Part shown: positions 10,301 through 19,031 of the stretch, piece after piece
Numbering within the stretch: the first letter of the stretch is position 1
Layout of the letters: each line of letters starts with the position of its first letter
From: Actinomycetes bacterium
GTDB lineage: Bacteria; Actinomycetota; Actinomycetes; Propionibacteriales; Propionibacteriaceae
NCBI GenBank assembly: GCA_023460935.1
Contig: JAEWOI010000026.1
Coordinates: 6,803 to 70,802, forward strand
Direction: 5' to 3'
Length of the DNA: 64,000 bases
Program-made: the position numbers and the translations under genes
Notes under the pieces: model-generated
Database searches by the model: none
What the model saw: the letters and a program-made list of their open reading frames with translations, nothing else
Told to the model about the DNA's origin: nothing

Positions 10301-10634
10301 GGCCACCACGCTGGCCCGGGTGCGGGCGCTGGGTGTGTCCAGGCGGGAGGCGCTCGCCAGCCACCTCGCCCAGCATGCTGCCGTCACCGTGGCTGCGGTG
10401 CTCATCGGCGCGTTGTGCGGAGCCCTGCTCGCCGTCCTCCTCGCGCCCCTGCTGGTGGTGGCACCGGGTGGGGAGCGGGCGGTGCCGACGCCCCACCTCG
10501 AGTGGGCCGGCACACCCACGCTGGCCGTGGTCGGCGGCATCCCCCTGGCCGCGCTGCTGGCCGGCGTCCCGGCTGCTCTGTCGGTGGTGCGCCGCTCCAC
10601 CGCGGCAGCCCTGCGCGCTGGGGAGGCGCCATGA
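7305..10634 (+). CDS. FtsX-like ABC permease 1, with repeat-derived N-terminal peptide
   Basis: Several TM clusters; RGTELVLLGDRGAS and ARVRALGVSRR FtsX-like segments; start overlaps upstream stop. Confidence 0.85.
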   Translation: MPDPALPAVRGGPEVDGNRNRPREVNGNRNRPRKVNGNRNRSRGSQGAVPVPVHARRALAQAGLVAALLAVFTVCAAAAGTSALLLTAGSERALSAAVALADGTAAGGGADVTSVVVTGSTVTGPLQTNAATLTPLIRRTLEETAAPYRAEVSVWSNTPMLYLDGEDVRCAYLLDADTVSRHAALLSGTWPAPTATEVIGVAVPAPAARALGLDVGTRMRLSAARSGPGPATSYLVEVTGVFTADATQAWDRDTLQGRGYHPDYLRLPTAGPFVVAPGTLAEFAAPVERVTAVLDPDLAADAAGVPAFVDRLAGLGTRLKDAAGPAINPVVVWSGLGAEFARLQAELAVTNALVLAVFVPVLVLGAVAAALVARVLLARRGTELVLLGDRGASAGQLVRAASIEAVAIALVAAVAALPVALAAYGATAPTTPVAIATAPGQDAPSAAVLAAALLAGAVLPALVMVGAMLPERQRRGRHLVSGRLARSGIDVLLVAVAVVAYLQLRAHVAPAGTIDPLLVAGPAVCVLALAAVAMRALLALASWADAAAGRARSLVLPLAGWHVARGGAARGGFLLVLATAVATLGTAVLGTWSASQGEQAAAQVGADLVVTRPGTPATAQELRAATGGQVTPVSDRAVVLGSRPNGVKLLALDAALAGSMLTSRPPDGTTWPQVLTGLAPQGGAVPLDTGRGPTELTITGGLAARTAGLPAPVVTATPTLVLADEAGSTATQAGTEVALDGRPHTVRLPAPGEPGLPEGNWRVVAIDLLLADHTAADLLAWGNNSAGMRVQVSVRGASSGGGAWGAAGDPGEGAVRPEEFRADGGTVAGTFSYSVLGLSWQDAHLTLLSFPAAPQLPVALSDGLATELGLATGDRIGLAWDTISLEAVVVRTVPYVPGHAREAALLADRGSLQRALLSAGALGPVTDAWWVAGPRPGAAEALRAAGSGPVVDRAETAAALLQGPLRAPLPVAWWYAIAAAVGLAVAGSAANAAAEAQRRATTLARVRALGVSRREALASHLAQHAAVTVAAVLIGALCGALLAVLLAPLLVVAPGGERAVPTPHLEWAGTPTLAVVGGIPLAALLAGVPAALSVVRRSTAAALRAGEAP
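7344..7466. repeat. REP-like family B (GGAACCGTCCCC core): three 30-bp tandem units plus one inverted copy, inside CDS
   Basis: GAGGTGGACGGGAACAGGAACCGTCCCCGC-like units at 7344, 7374 and 7404; inverted copy 7442-7466; encodes EVxGNRNRPR-like peptide x3. Confidence 0.9.
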
Positions 10635-13525
10635 CCGGCGGGCCTCACCACAGCAGGTTTCGACAAGCTCAACCTGCGGGCCCTGAGGAAGGACGCAGCA
10701 GGTTTCGACAAGCTCAACCTGCGAGCTCCGAGCAAGGTCGCGGCGGGTTTCGACAGGCTCAACCTGCGACGCCTCGACAAGCTCAACCTGCGGACCCTCG
10801 ACAGGCTCAACCTGCGACCCGTCGGCAAGCTCAACCTGCGGACCCTGAGCATCGCCGCGGGCGTCCCCGGGCGGGCACCGTGCCCTGGGGGGCGGTGTGG
10901 CGCCAGTCCCGGCGCGACGCCGTGCCGCTGGCCGTGGGCGGGCTGGTGGTCGCGGCCGCGGCGTTCGGGTCTGCTGCCGCACCGCTCGTCCTGGCCTCGG
11001 TCGCCGGTTCCACCGTGCGGGCCGAGGTGGCCGAGGCGGTCCAGCCGGCGGAGGTGGTGATCAGCGTGCCGTCCGGCTCCGGCTACCAGGGCACCGACCC
11101 TGCCGGTGCGGCAGCGGCGGTCAGGGAGTTGCTGGACGCCGGCCTGCCCGCGGAACTGCGCCACGTCCTCGCCGAACCGGTGACCGCGCTGGTCGGGCCC
11201 GAACTGAAGGCGGGGGTGATCGCCGAGCGTCCCGGACGGGTCCGCTTCGTCTACCTCGCCAGCCGCGGCGGCCCGGGCACCACCTGGGTTGAGGGCCGCG
11301 CGCCGGCAGCTATCACCGGAGCCGGCCAGGACTGGCTGGACGAGGAACGGAAGCCACCGGTGGAGGTGGCCGTCTCGGAGGCCGGAGCGGCCGTGCTGGG
11401 AGTGCGGGCCGGCGCGCGGCTGACCGTGGACAGCCCGACCGGGGTGCCGCTGGACGTCCGGCTCAGCGGTGTCTACCGTGCCGAAGACCCCGCCGACGCG
11501 GCGTGGCAGGTGGCCCCGACCCTGCTGAAGCCCCAGCTCGTCGACGGCTCAGCCGCGCTGGCCTCGCTCAGCCTCCTGGTCTCGGCCGAATCGCTGCCCG
11601 CCGCCGAGCTGGACGTGGTGCCCACGAGCATGACCAGGACCTTCACCTACCCGGTCGCCGCCGAACGGCTGGACGCTGAGCGCGCTGCCGTGGTGGCCAC
11701 GCAGGCGCGTGCCCTCGCCTCGGGACGCAGGACCTTCGAGGTCACCGGGATGCAGCCGATCGTGACCACGCGCCTCGACCGGCTGATCGACGCAGCCCTC
11801 GCCCGGGTGGCGGCCGCCACCGCGCAGGCGTCGGTGCTGTTGCTTGGCCTGTTGGCGGCAGCCCTGCTGGTGGAGTTCCTCGCCGCGGGGCTGGTGACCG
11901 AGCGCAGGGGGCGGGTGATCGCGCAGTGGCGGGCCCGTGGAGCCACGCTGCCGGCGATCGCGTTGGCGAACGCCGCCGAGGCTGGAGCGCTCACCGCGGT
12001 GGCCGGGGCCATCGGCGTTGGCGCTGCAGCGGCAGTGGTCGGCGGGGTGCCGCCGCCGGGATGGATCCTGCCGCCGTTGGTCGCCGCCGTGGTGCCGCAG
12101 CCGCTGCTGGCCACGCTCGTGGCCGCGCGTGCTTCCGCCCCGCCCGACCCCCGGGGCGGGCTGCCGGCCGCGCGGCTGCGGAGGACCGCTGCGGAGGGCA
12201 CGCTGGTGCTGCTCGCGTTGGCTGCGCTCGGAACCCTGGTGGTCCGCGGCGCCACTGCATCGGCCGGGACGGTGTGGACCGACGGCGTGGTGCTTGCCGC
12301 TCCGGTGCTCGTGGCGCTCGTGGCCGCGCTCGGCCTCGTCCGCTTGCAGCCTCGGCTCACGGTTGTGGCCCGAGCGACCGCAGCACGGCGGCCGGGGGTG
12401 GTGGCCCTGCTGGCCGCAGCGCGCGCCCGGGCCAACGCTCCGGCGGCGGCGGCGCTGGTGGTGGCGAGCGCGGTGGCGGCCATCGCGGCGTCGGCGGGCG
12501 CCACCGTCGCGCAGGGACGCACCGACGCGGCCTGGGACGCGGTGGGAGCAGACGCCGCGGTCACGACCAGCGACCCGGCCGGGCTGCCCGCGGAGGTGGC
12601 CGGGCTGGACGGGACGGAGGGCCTCACCGCGACCACGGCCGCAGTCATCCCGCGGGCCCAGCTGCTGGGCTCGGGCCTCGACCGCCCCGTCCGGATCGTC
12701 GCCGTCGACGCCGAGGCGCTGGCCCGTCTGCTGGCCGTGACGCCGGCGGCTGATGCGCCCGTGCTCGGTGAACTCGGGGCCCGGGGGAGCGCCGCGGTGC
12801 CGGTGCTGGCTTCCGGCCTGCCGGCCTGGGACACGGCGGGCCTGCGCTGGGGTGAGGAGTCGGTCCGCGTCCGTCCGGTGGGGGTGGCCCCCCGCCTGCC
12901 GGTTCAGCTCGGGGTCGAGGAGGACACCACGATCGTGGTGGACCGGTTCGCCCTGGCCGAAGCGCTCGGGCACGAGGTTCCGGCGAGCCTGGCGTGGGTG
13001 AACGGCCCGGGTGCGCCGAAAGCCCTGACGGCGGCCCTTGCCGGGGCCTCAGCCAGGGTCACCACGAGGGAGGGGTGGCTGCAGCAGCAGAGTTCTGCCC
13101 CCCTGCCGTTGGCACTCGACCGGCTGCTGACCGGTGCGCTGGTGGGCGCGGTGGCCCTGGCTGCGCTTGCCGTGGTGCTGATGGCGGCCTCCGGGGCAGC
13201 GGAACGGACTCGCGCCGCCGGCTTGCTGCGGGTGGTGGGGACGCCACGGGCGAGCGCCGGGCGGGTGGCCTGGCTGGAGGCGACCGTACCGGCGCTGGTG
13301 GCGAGCGTCGTCGGCGTGGCCGTGGGCATCCTGTTGGCCGGGCCGTTGGTCGGAGCGCTCGACCTCAGCTCGATCACCGGCGGCAGGCAGGCGCCCCGGC
13401 TCGTGGTCGCGTGGTGGGGTTTCGGGATCCCGCCCGCGCTGGCCGCGGTTGCCGGTGCGGCGGTGGCTGTGGCCGGGGCAGCCCGGCGCCGCGAGCCGCT
13501 CGGCGAGTTGATGCGCGCCGGGTAG
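10631..13525 (+). CDS. FtsX-like ABC permease 2, with repeat-derived N-terminal peptide
   Basis: ATGA overlap with permease 1 stop, GGGAGG RBS; QWRARGAT and LLRVVGTP FtsX-like segments; many TMs. Confidence 0.85.
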   Translation: MTGGPHHSRFRQAQPAGPEEGRSRFRQAQPASSEQGRGGFRQAQPATPRQAQPADPRQAQPATRRQAQPADPEHRRGRPRAGTVPWGAVWRQSRRDAVPLAVGGLVVAAAAFGSAAAPLVLASVAGSTVRAEVAEAVQPAEVVISVPSGSGYQGTDPAGAAAAVRELLDAGLPAELRHVLAEPVTALVGPELKAGVIAERPGRVRFVYLASRGGPGTTWVEGRAPAAITGAGQDWLDEERKPPVEVAVSEAGAAVLGVRAGARLTVDSPTGVPLDVRLSGVYRAEDPADAAWQVAPTLLKPQLVDGSAALASLSLLVSAESLPAAELDVVPTSMTRTFTYPVAAERLDAERAAVVATQARALASGRRTFEVTGMQPIVTTRLDRLIDAALARVAAATAQASVLLLGLLAAALLVEFLAAGLVTERRGRVIAQWRARGATLPAIALANAAEAGALTAVAGAIGVGAAAAVVGGVPPPGWILPPLVAAVVPQPLLATLVAARASAPPDPRGGLPAARLRRTAAEGTLVLLALAALGTLVVRGATASAGTVWTDGVVLAAPVLVALVAALGLVRLQPRLTVVARATAARRPGVVALLAAARARANAPAAAALVVASAVAAIAASAGATVAQGRTDAAWDAVGADAAVTTSDPAGLPAEVAGLDGTEGLTATTAAVIPRAQLLGSGLDRPVRIVAVDAEALARLLAVTPAADAPVLGELGARGSAAVPVLASGLPAWDTAGLRWGEESVRVRPVGVAPRLPVQLGVEEDTTIVVDRFALAEALGHEVPASLAWVNGPGAPKALTAALAGASARVTTREGWLQQQSSAPLPLALDRLLTGALVGAVALAALAVVLMAASGAAERTRAAGLLRVVGTPRASAGRVAWLEATVPALVASVVGVAVGILLAGPLVGALDLSSITGGRQAPRLVVAWWGFGIPPALAAVAGAAVAVAGAARRREPLGELMRAG
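10656..10847. repeat. REP-like family C (TCGACAAGCTCAACC) six-copy array inside CDS
   Basis: Core CGACA(A/G)GCTCAACCTGCG at 10661, 10706, 10751, 10775 and 10799, variant CGGCAAGCTCAACCTGCG at 10823; spacings 45,45,24,24,24; encodes RQAQPA x6. Confidence 0.92.
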
Positions 13526-13686
13526 CGCCGCGGTCGACAGCGCCGGCCACTCCGACCGGGTCCCGGGGTTCCCTCCCGCCGAGCTTCCTTCCCGCCCGGG
13601 AGCTCGGTTCCCCGCCGCCCCCGGCGGCTGGGGGAGGGGTGGGTGGGCCGGGGAATTCCTGATGCCGCACGGATCCCGAGGACGGG

Positions 13687-14319
13687 CTAGCGCAGCGCGG
13701 CGCTGAGGCTCTGGGCCAGCCAGTGCCGGTAGCGCTCCGCCGACCAGCCCCGCGCGGTCACCAGCTCCCGGTAGGTGTCGGGGTGGGCGAGAGCCCAGAT
13801 CGCGGCTGCGGCGTCCTCGTCGGACTGCCCGCGGGTGAGCCCACCGCGCTCGCGCAGCTGCGCTGCGGCGAGGAGGTAATTCCGCAGCCGCTGGGCGCCA
13901 CGCTCGTTCTCCAGCGCTGCCACCTCCGCGTCCACAGCGGCGGCCTGCCGGATCAACCCGAACAGTTCGGTCGTGCGCGGGTGGACCTCGACGAACCAGT
14001 CGGCCAGCACGGCGATGATACCGTCGAAGTCCGCGGTGGCCGCCGCCCGCTGCTCCATGAAGCGTGGCACCGGCACCGGGGCGTTCGGGCCGGCTGCCAC
14101 CAGGTCCAGCACCGCTGAGAGCACAGCCGACTTGTTCCCCACCACGTTGTAGATGGTCTGCACGGCCACGCCGGCCCGGCGTGCGATCGCGGTCATCGGG
14201 GTGCCGACATACCCGCGGGCGAGGAACAACTGCCGGGCCGCCTCGGCGATGTGCGCGCGAGTCAGGGCTGCCTGCGCGTCCCGCAGGTTCGTCGGTTCCT
14301 GTGCCTCGGAGGTACTCAC
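13687..14319 (-). CDS. TetR/AcrR family transcriptional regulator
   Basis: HTH TPMTAIARRAGVAVQTIYNVVGNK; divergent from the monooxygenase. Confidence 0.93.
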   Translation of the reverse strand: MSTSEAQEPTNLRDAQAALTRAHIAEAARQLFLARGYVGTPMTAIARRAGVAVQTIYNVVGNKSAVLSAVLDLVAAGPNAPVPVPRFMEQRAAATADFDGIIAVLADWFVEVHPRTTELFGLIRQAAAVDAEVAALENERGAQRLRNYLLAAAQLRERGGLTRGQSDEDAAAAIWALAHPDTYRELVTARGWSAERYRHWLAQSLSAALR

Positions 14320-14325
14320 TTATCC

Positions 14326-14362
14326 CTAGACCGTTCATCCAGTAACTGGAATAGCATTCTAA
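14326..14362. promoter_or_regulatory. Two putative TetR operators in the divergent intergenic region
   Basis: CTAGA-N7-TCCAG (14326-14342) and CTGGA-N7-TCTAA (14346-14362). Confidence 0.55.
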
Positions 14363-14387
14363 CATCGCTTTGGTCGAGGAGGCCGTG

Positions 14388-15515
14388 ATGAGCGGACGGG
14401 TGTCGGAACTGGATGCACTGGTCGTCGGTGGGGGTCAGGCGGGCCTGGCGGCCGCGTTCCACCTGAAGCGGCTCGGCCGCAGGTTCGAGGTGCTCGAGGC
14501 CCGTGACCGGCTCGGCGACCAGTGGCGCGAGCGCTGGGACTCGCTGCGGCTCTTCACTCCGGCGCGCTACTCGCACCTGCCGGGTCTCGCGTTGCCGTTG
14601 CCCGACGACGCCTACCCGGCCAAGGACGAGTTCGCCGCCTACCTCGAGCGCTATGCCCGGCACTTCCAGCTGCCGGTGCGGACGGGGGTGCGCGTTGAGC
14701 GACTGGCACCGACCAGCGGTGGGTTCACGTTGCGGACGGCTGACGGCGAGCGGCGGGCCCGCACCGTGATCGTCGCAACGGGCCCCAACGCCCGGCCCAG
14801 GGTCCCCGTGCAGGCGAGCGCCCTTGACCCGACCGTCGTCCAGCTGCACACCTCGGGCTACCACAGCCCCGAACAGCTGCCGGAGGGACCCGTCGTGGTG
14901 GTGGGGGCCGGCACGTCGGGCGCGGAGATCGCGCTGGAACTCGCTGCTTCGGGCAGGCCGGTCCACCTCTCCGGCAGGCCCACGCCGCACATCCCGGACG
15001 CGGTGTTCAGGTTCGCCGGGCCGGCGTACTGGGCGTTCATCAACCGCGTGCTCACCCTGGACACCCCGATGGGGAGGAAGGTCGCCCGGAAGTTCCACGA
15101 GCGTGGGGCACCGCTGATCCGGATCTCCATCGACGACGTGACCGCGGCCGGCGTCCGGCTGCTGCCGCGGCTCAGCGGCGTGGTGGACGGTGTGCCGGTG
15201 TTCGGCGAGGTGACCGTCGGCAAGCCGGCGGCGGTGGTGTGGGCCACGGGGTTCGTGCCGGACCTCGACTGGCTGCCTCAGGCCCGGCTCGATCGGCACG
15301 GCCAGCCGGTCACCCGGCGTGGCCTCGCCGACGGCGTCCCCGGACTGGGGTTCGTCGGTTTCCCGTTCCAGTACTCCCTGGCGTCCGGGCTGATCGGAGG
15401 CGTCGGGCGGGACGCCGGTGGGGTGGTGGCCGGCCTGGTCGGCACCCGACCCGACCCCGGGCAGCCGAGGTCGCAGACGGCAGCGGCCTCGGCCGGTGAC
15501 CGAGCCGCCGGCTGA
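14388..15515 (+). CDS. Flavin-containing monooxygenase / FAD-dependent oxidoreductase (CzcO-like)
   Basis: VVGGGQAGLA, WRERWDSLRLFTP, LHTSGY, VVGAGTSG, WATGF; RBS GAGGAGG. Confidence 0.9.
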   Translation: MSGRVSELDALVVGGGQAGLAAAFHLKRLGRRFEVLEARDRLGDQWRERWDSLRLFTPARYSHLPGLALPLPDDAYPAKDEFAAYLERYARHFQLPVRTGVRVERLAPTSGGFTLRTADGERRARTVIVATGPNARPRVPVQASALDPTVVQLHTSGYHSPEQLPEGPVVVVGAGTSGAEIALELAASGRPVHLSGRPTPHIPDAVFRFAGPAYWAFINRVLTLDTPMGRKVARKFHERGAPLIRISIDDVTAAGVRLLPRLSGVVDGVPVFGEVTVGKPAAVVWATGFVPDLDWLPQARLDRHGQPVTRRGLADGVPGLGFVGFPFQYSLASGLIGGVGRDAGGVVAGLVGTRPDPGQPRSQTAAASAGDRAAG

Positions 15516-15550
15516 CCGGGCCGCCGGCCGACCGCCGCCGGGAATCGCCC

Positions 15551-17347
15551 TCAGGAGGGGGTGCTTCCCCCAGCGGCCCGGGTGATCGCGTCCGCTGCCT
15601 GCACCAGGGCGAGGTGCGACAGCGCCTGCGGGGTGTTGCCGGCGTGCCGGTGGTGCGCCACGTCGTACTCCTCGGCGAGCAGGCCGACGTCGTTGGCCAG
15701 CCCGACCAGGCGGTCCATCAGCGCGCGGGCTTCGGCCAGCCGCCCGGAGCGGGCGTACTGCTCCGCCAGCCAGAACGAACAGGCCAGGAACGGGTGTTCC
15801 CCGGGCGGGAAGTCGTCGACGTGGGCGTCGTCGAACCGGTAACGCATGACCAGGCCGTCGTGCAGCAGGTCCTGCTCGATGGCCGCCACCGTGCCCAGCA
15901 TCCGCGGGTCGTCCGCAGCACAGAACCCGACCTGCGGCAACCGCAGCAGTGAGGCGTCCAAGGCTGTGGAACCGTACGCCTGCACATAGCTGTTCCGGCG
16001 GGCGTCGAAGCCCCGCTCCTCGATCTCGGCTCGCAGCCGGTCGCGCAGCGCCTCCCACCGCTCGACCGGCCCGTCCAGCCCGTGGAGCCGGACTGCGGTG
16101 ACCGCCCGATCCAGCGCGGCCCACGTCATCACCCTGGAGTGGGTGAATGCCCGGCGCGGTCCCCGCACCTCCCAGATGCCCTGGTCCTCGCGGTCCCAGT
16201 GCTCCTCGACGAACGTCATCAGGGCCCGCTGCAGCGGCCAAGAGAAGGCGTCCTCGGAAACGCCTGCCGCCCGGGCCTCCGCGAGGGCAACCATCACCTC
16301 CCCGATCACGTCGCCCTGGAACTGCGCCACGGCGGCGTTCCCCACCCGTACCGGGGCCGCGCCCCGGTAGCCGGGCAACGAGGCCAGTTCACGTTCGGGC
16401 AGGAACCGCTCGCCCGCCACGCCGTACATGATCTGGACGTCGGCAGGATCCCCGGCGATCGCGCGCAGCAGCCAGTTCCGCCAGCGGTGCGCCTCGCTGA
16501 CGAAGGAGTGCGCGAGGAACGCGCTCAGGCACAGCGATGCATCGCGCAGCCACACGTAGCGGTAGTCCCAGTTCCTTGGCCCGCCGAACTGCTCGGGGAG
16601 GCTGGTGGTTGCAGCCGCGACGATCCCGCCGGTCGCGTCGTGGGTGAGCGCCCTGAGCACCAGCAGCGAGCGCATCACCTCGTCGTGGTACGGCCCCTCG
16701 TGGCTGCAGGTGGCCGACCACTCCCGCCACCACGAGGCCGTGGTCGCGAGCGCGCCGGCGGCATCGATGGGTGCGGGTGGGGCCAGGTGGGACGGGAACC
16801 AGGTGAGGACCAGGTCGACGGCCTCCCCGGCGCGCAGCGTGTAGCGGCCCTCGTGCGCCTGGCCACGCGGGGTGAGGCGCGGGCCGCGGCGAACCACGGC
16901 ATCGGGCCCGGCGATCGCCACCAGTTCGGTGCGGCCGCCTGCGGCACCCCACTGGCGCACCCACGGCACGGACGCCGCGTAGCCGAACCGCACCCGCAGT
17001 TCCTCCCCCACCTCGACCGAGCCGCGGGTACAGCGAACGCTGCGCACCACGTCAGCGCGTTCGTCGCCCTTCGGCATGAAGTCGAGCACCTCGAGTTCGC
17101 CCGTGCCCGTCGTCCAGCGGGTGGAGAGCACGAACGTTCCGTGCAGGTAGGCACGCGTCGACTCGGCTTCGGGTGCGGTGGGCGCGACGAGCCAGCGCCC
17201 GTGCGACTCCTCACCCAGCAGTGCCCCGAGAGTGGACGGGGAGTCGTAGCGCGGCAGGCACAGCCAGTCGATGCTGCCGTCAGAGCCCACCAGCGCCCCG
17301 GTGCGGCAGTCGCTGATCAGCGCGTACTGCTCGATCGGCAGGCTCAT
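15551..17347 (-). CDS. Glycoside hydrolase family 15 (trehalase/glucoamylase-like)
   Basis: IEQYALISD, GSIDWLCLPRYDS, AAATTSLPE, RNWDYRYVWLRD, GIWEVRG, GLLAEE, NTPQALSH. Confidence 0.94.
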   Translation of the reverse strand: MSLPIEQYALISDCRTGALVGSDGSIDWLCLPRYDSPSTLGALLGEESHGRWLVAPTAPEAESTRAYLHGTFVLSTRWTTGTGELEVLDFMPKGDERADVVRSVRCTRGSVEVGEELRVRFGYAASVPWVRQWGAAGGRTELVAIAGPDAVVRRGPRLTPRGQAHEGRYTLRAGEAVDLVLTWFPSHLAPPAPIDAAGALATTASWWREWSATCSHEGPYHDEVMRSLLVLRALTHDATGGIVAAATTSLPEQFGGPRNWDYRYVWLRDASLCLSAFLAHSFVSEAHRWRNWLLRAIAGDPADVQIMYGVAGERFLPERELASLPGYRGAAPVRVGNAAVAQFQGDVIGEVMVALAEARAAGVSEDAFSWPLQRALMTFVEEHWDREDQGIWEVRGPRRAFTHSRVMTWAALDRAVTAVRLHGLDGPVERWEALRDRLRAEIEERGFDARRNSYVQAYGSTALDASLLRLPQVGFCAADDPRMLGTVAAIEQDLLHDGLVMRYRFDDAHVDDFPPGEHPFLACSFWLAEQYARSGRLAEARALMDRLVGLANDVGLLAEEYDVAHHRHAGNTPQALSHLALVQAADAITRAAGGSTPS

Positions 17348-17445
17348 GATCGCCGCCGCCGGGTACTGCGTAGGCGCGGGGAGCCGATCACGGGTTCCGG
17401 ATACCCCCCGCGGTGACGGCCGGAACCTCCCGCCGCCCCCAGTAA

Positions 17446-17506
17446 ACGCCGACGAAAGTGCCGGAAGCCGACGAACTTCCGTCGGCTTCTGCCACTTCCG
17501 TCGGCG
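17446..17506. repeat. Palindromic REP-like element family A, copy 3
   Basis: ACGCCGACGAAAGTGCCGGAAGCCGACGAACTTCCGTCGGCTTCTGCCACTTCCGTCGGCG. Confidence 0.88.
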
Positions 17507-17651
17507 GCTGCGGGGAAGACCGGGGGCTGAATTTCGTGTGAATTGTGCCGAGTGGCGTTGCCAGTGACCGGTACCGGTGCGAGAAGCTAGGATCCAACGT
17601 CGCTTCGGGGGAGGCGGCTCGTGGCTTGGGCCACGGATCGGGGGATCCTTG

Positions 17652-18845
17652 ATGACACAGACGGTGAAATCTGTCGTACGAACTCTGCTGGCCGCACTGC
17701 TGATGACCACGATGGTCGTCGCCGTCCAGCCGCCGGCACAGGCCGCCACGCGCACGGTCGTGTCGGGCACGATCAGCGACGCCCACGGGGTTGGAGTTCC
17801 GCGGGCCAGGGTCACCCTGTTCGTCGCGGACCGACCGACGAAGGCCGCCGCCACCGCCAGGGCCGGGGCTGACGGCAGCTACCGGCTGCCGCCGGTGCCG
17901 AGCGGTACCTACCTGCTCCGCGCGACCGACCCCAGTCTGGCCAGTGCGGCCACCTGGTGGCCGGAGGCCAGCAACTCCTTCGCTGCCGGCACCCTCTCGG
18001 TCGCCGGGTCGGGGGTCGTGGTCGACCTGCAGCTGATTCCCGGGCTCGCCATCTCCGGTACCACCCGCTACCAGGGGGTGCCCCAGTCGCGGGTGAAGGT
18101 CTGCGTCCTCGCCCCGGACATCCCCTGCGCGCTGAGCGGCCCGGACGGGCGCTACACCGTGCGGGGCATCGCTCCCGACTACTACCGCCTCACGGCCGAG
18201 CCCACCCGGCACGGCAAGCCCTACGTCCGCACCTGGTACCCCGAGTACACCGACGGCCAGTCGGTGATCTCACCGGTGGAGTCCATCGACGCCGAATCCG
18301 CTGCCCGGCCGTGGGACTTCGCCCTGGCGACCCAGCCAACCGTCACCGGGCACGTGGTGAACGACATGGGCGCGCCGGTGGCCGGGGCCAAAGTGTGCGT
18401 GGCCGGGGCGTCCACCTGCACCAGGGCTGCGCGCGACGGCGGGTTCGTCCTGAAGGCTGAGGTGCCGTTGCGGGGCTCGCTCGAGCTGTCGGCCAGGGCT
18501 CGCGGCCACTACGCCGGTTCGGTCTCCACCTCGGACAGCACCGGCGTGGTGATCCCGCTGCAGCGGATCGTTCCGGTCAAGGCGGCCAAGCCGGTCATCT
18601 CCGGCGACGCGGTTGTCGGCGGGACGCTGACCGCCACGCCCGGCACCTGGGGGCCGAGCCAGGTGCAGCTGAGCTACCGCTGGTACCGCAACGGACACCG
18701 GATCAAGCACGCCACCGGCGAGACCTACGTGCTGACCGCCGCGGACAAGGGCAAGCGGATCCGCGTACAGGTGACCGGAAAGCTGCCCGGGGTGCGATCG
18801 GTGGCCCGCCTGTCCCAGCGCACAGCAGCGGTCTCCCTGCCCTGA
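17652..18845 (+). CDS. Secreted protein with carboxypeptidase-regulatory-like beta-sandwich repeats and a C-terminal Ig-like domain
   Basis: Signal peptide ending AQA-A; repeated SGT..G.P..V..GxY units; C-terminal PVISGDAVVGGTLTATPGTW..YRWYRNG. Confidence 0.8.
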   Translation: MTQTVKSVVRTLLAALLMTTMVVAVQPPAQAATRTVVSGTISDAHGVGVPRARVTLFVADRPTKAAATARAGADGSYRLPPVPSGTYLLRATDPSLASAATWWPEASNSFAAGTLSVAGSGVVVDLQLIPGLAISGTTRYQGVPQSRVKVCVLAPDIPCALSGPDGRYTVRGIAPDYYRLTAEPTRHGKPYVRTWYPEYTDGQSVISPVESIDAESAARPWDFALATQPTVTGHVVNDMGAPVAGAKVCVAGASTCTRAARDGGFVLKAEVPLRGSLELSARARGHYAGSVSTSDSTGVVIPLQRIVPVKAAKPVISGDAVVGGTLTATPGTWGPSQVQLSYRWYRNGHRIKHATGETYVLTAADKGKRIRVQVTGKLPGVRSVARLSQRTAAVSLP

Positions 18846-19031
18846 GCCGGGTCCGGGCCCGAAACCCCGCGACGGAGCGGGACCGCCTGGGTACTGGCCC
18901 AGCGCGGCCCGGGTTCAGCACGCGACCCGCCCGTGCCACCGCCGGAACCTCCGGCCCGGCCGAGGAGGAGTCGAGATGCCCACGAAAGCGTTGGCCACTT
19001 CCGGCCCGAGCGTCCGGAGCGGGTGGGTGCG

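Noticed and set aside
10656..10847. CRISPR array
   Set aside because: Spacers are uneven and very short (period 45 then 24), the repeats degenerate, the array is in frame inside a CDS, and there are no cas genes or leader.
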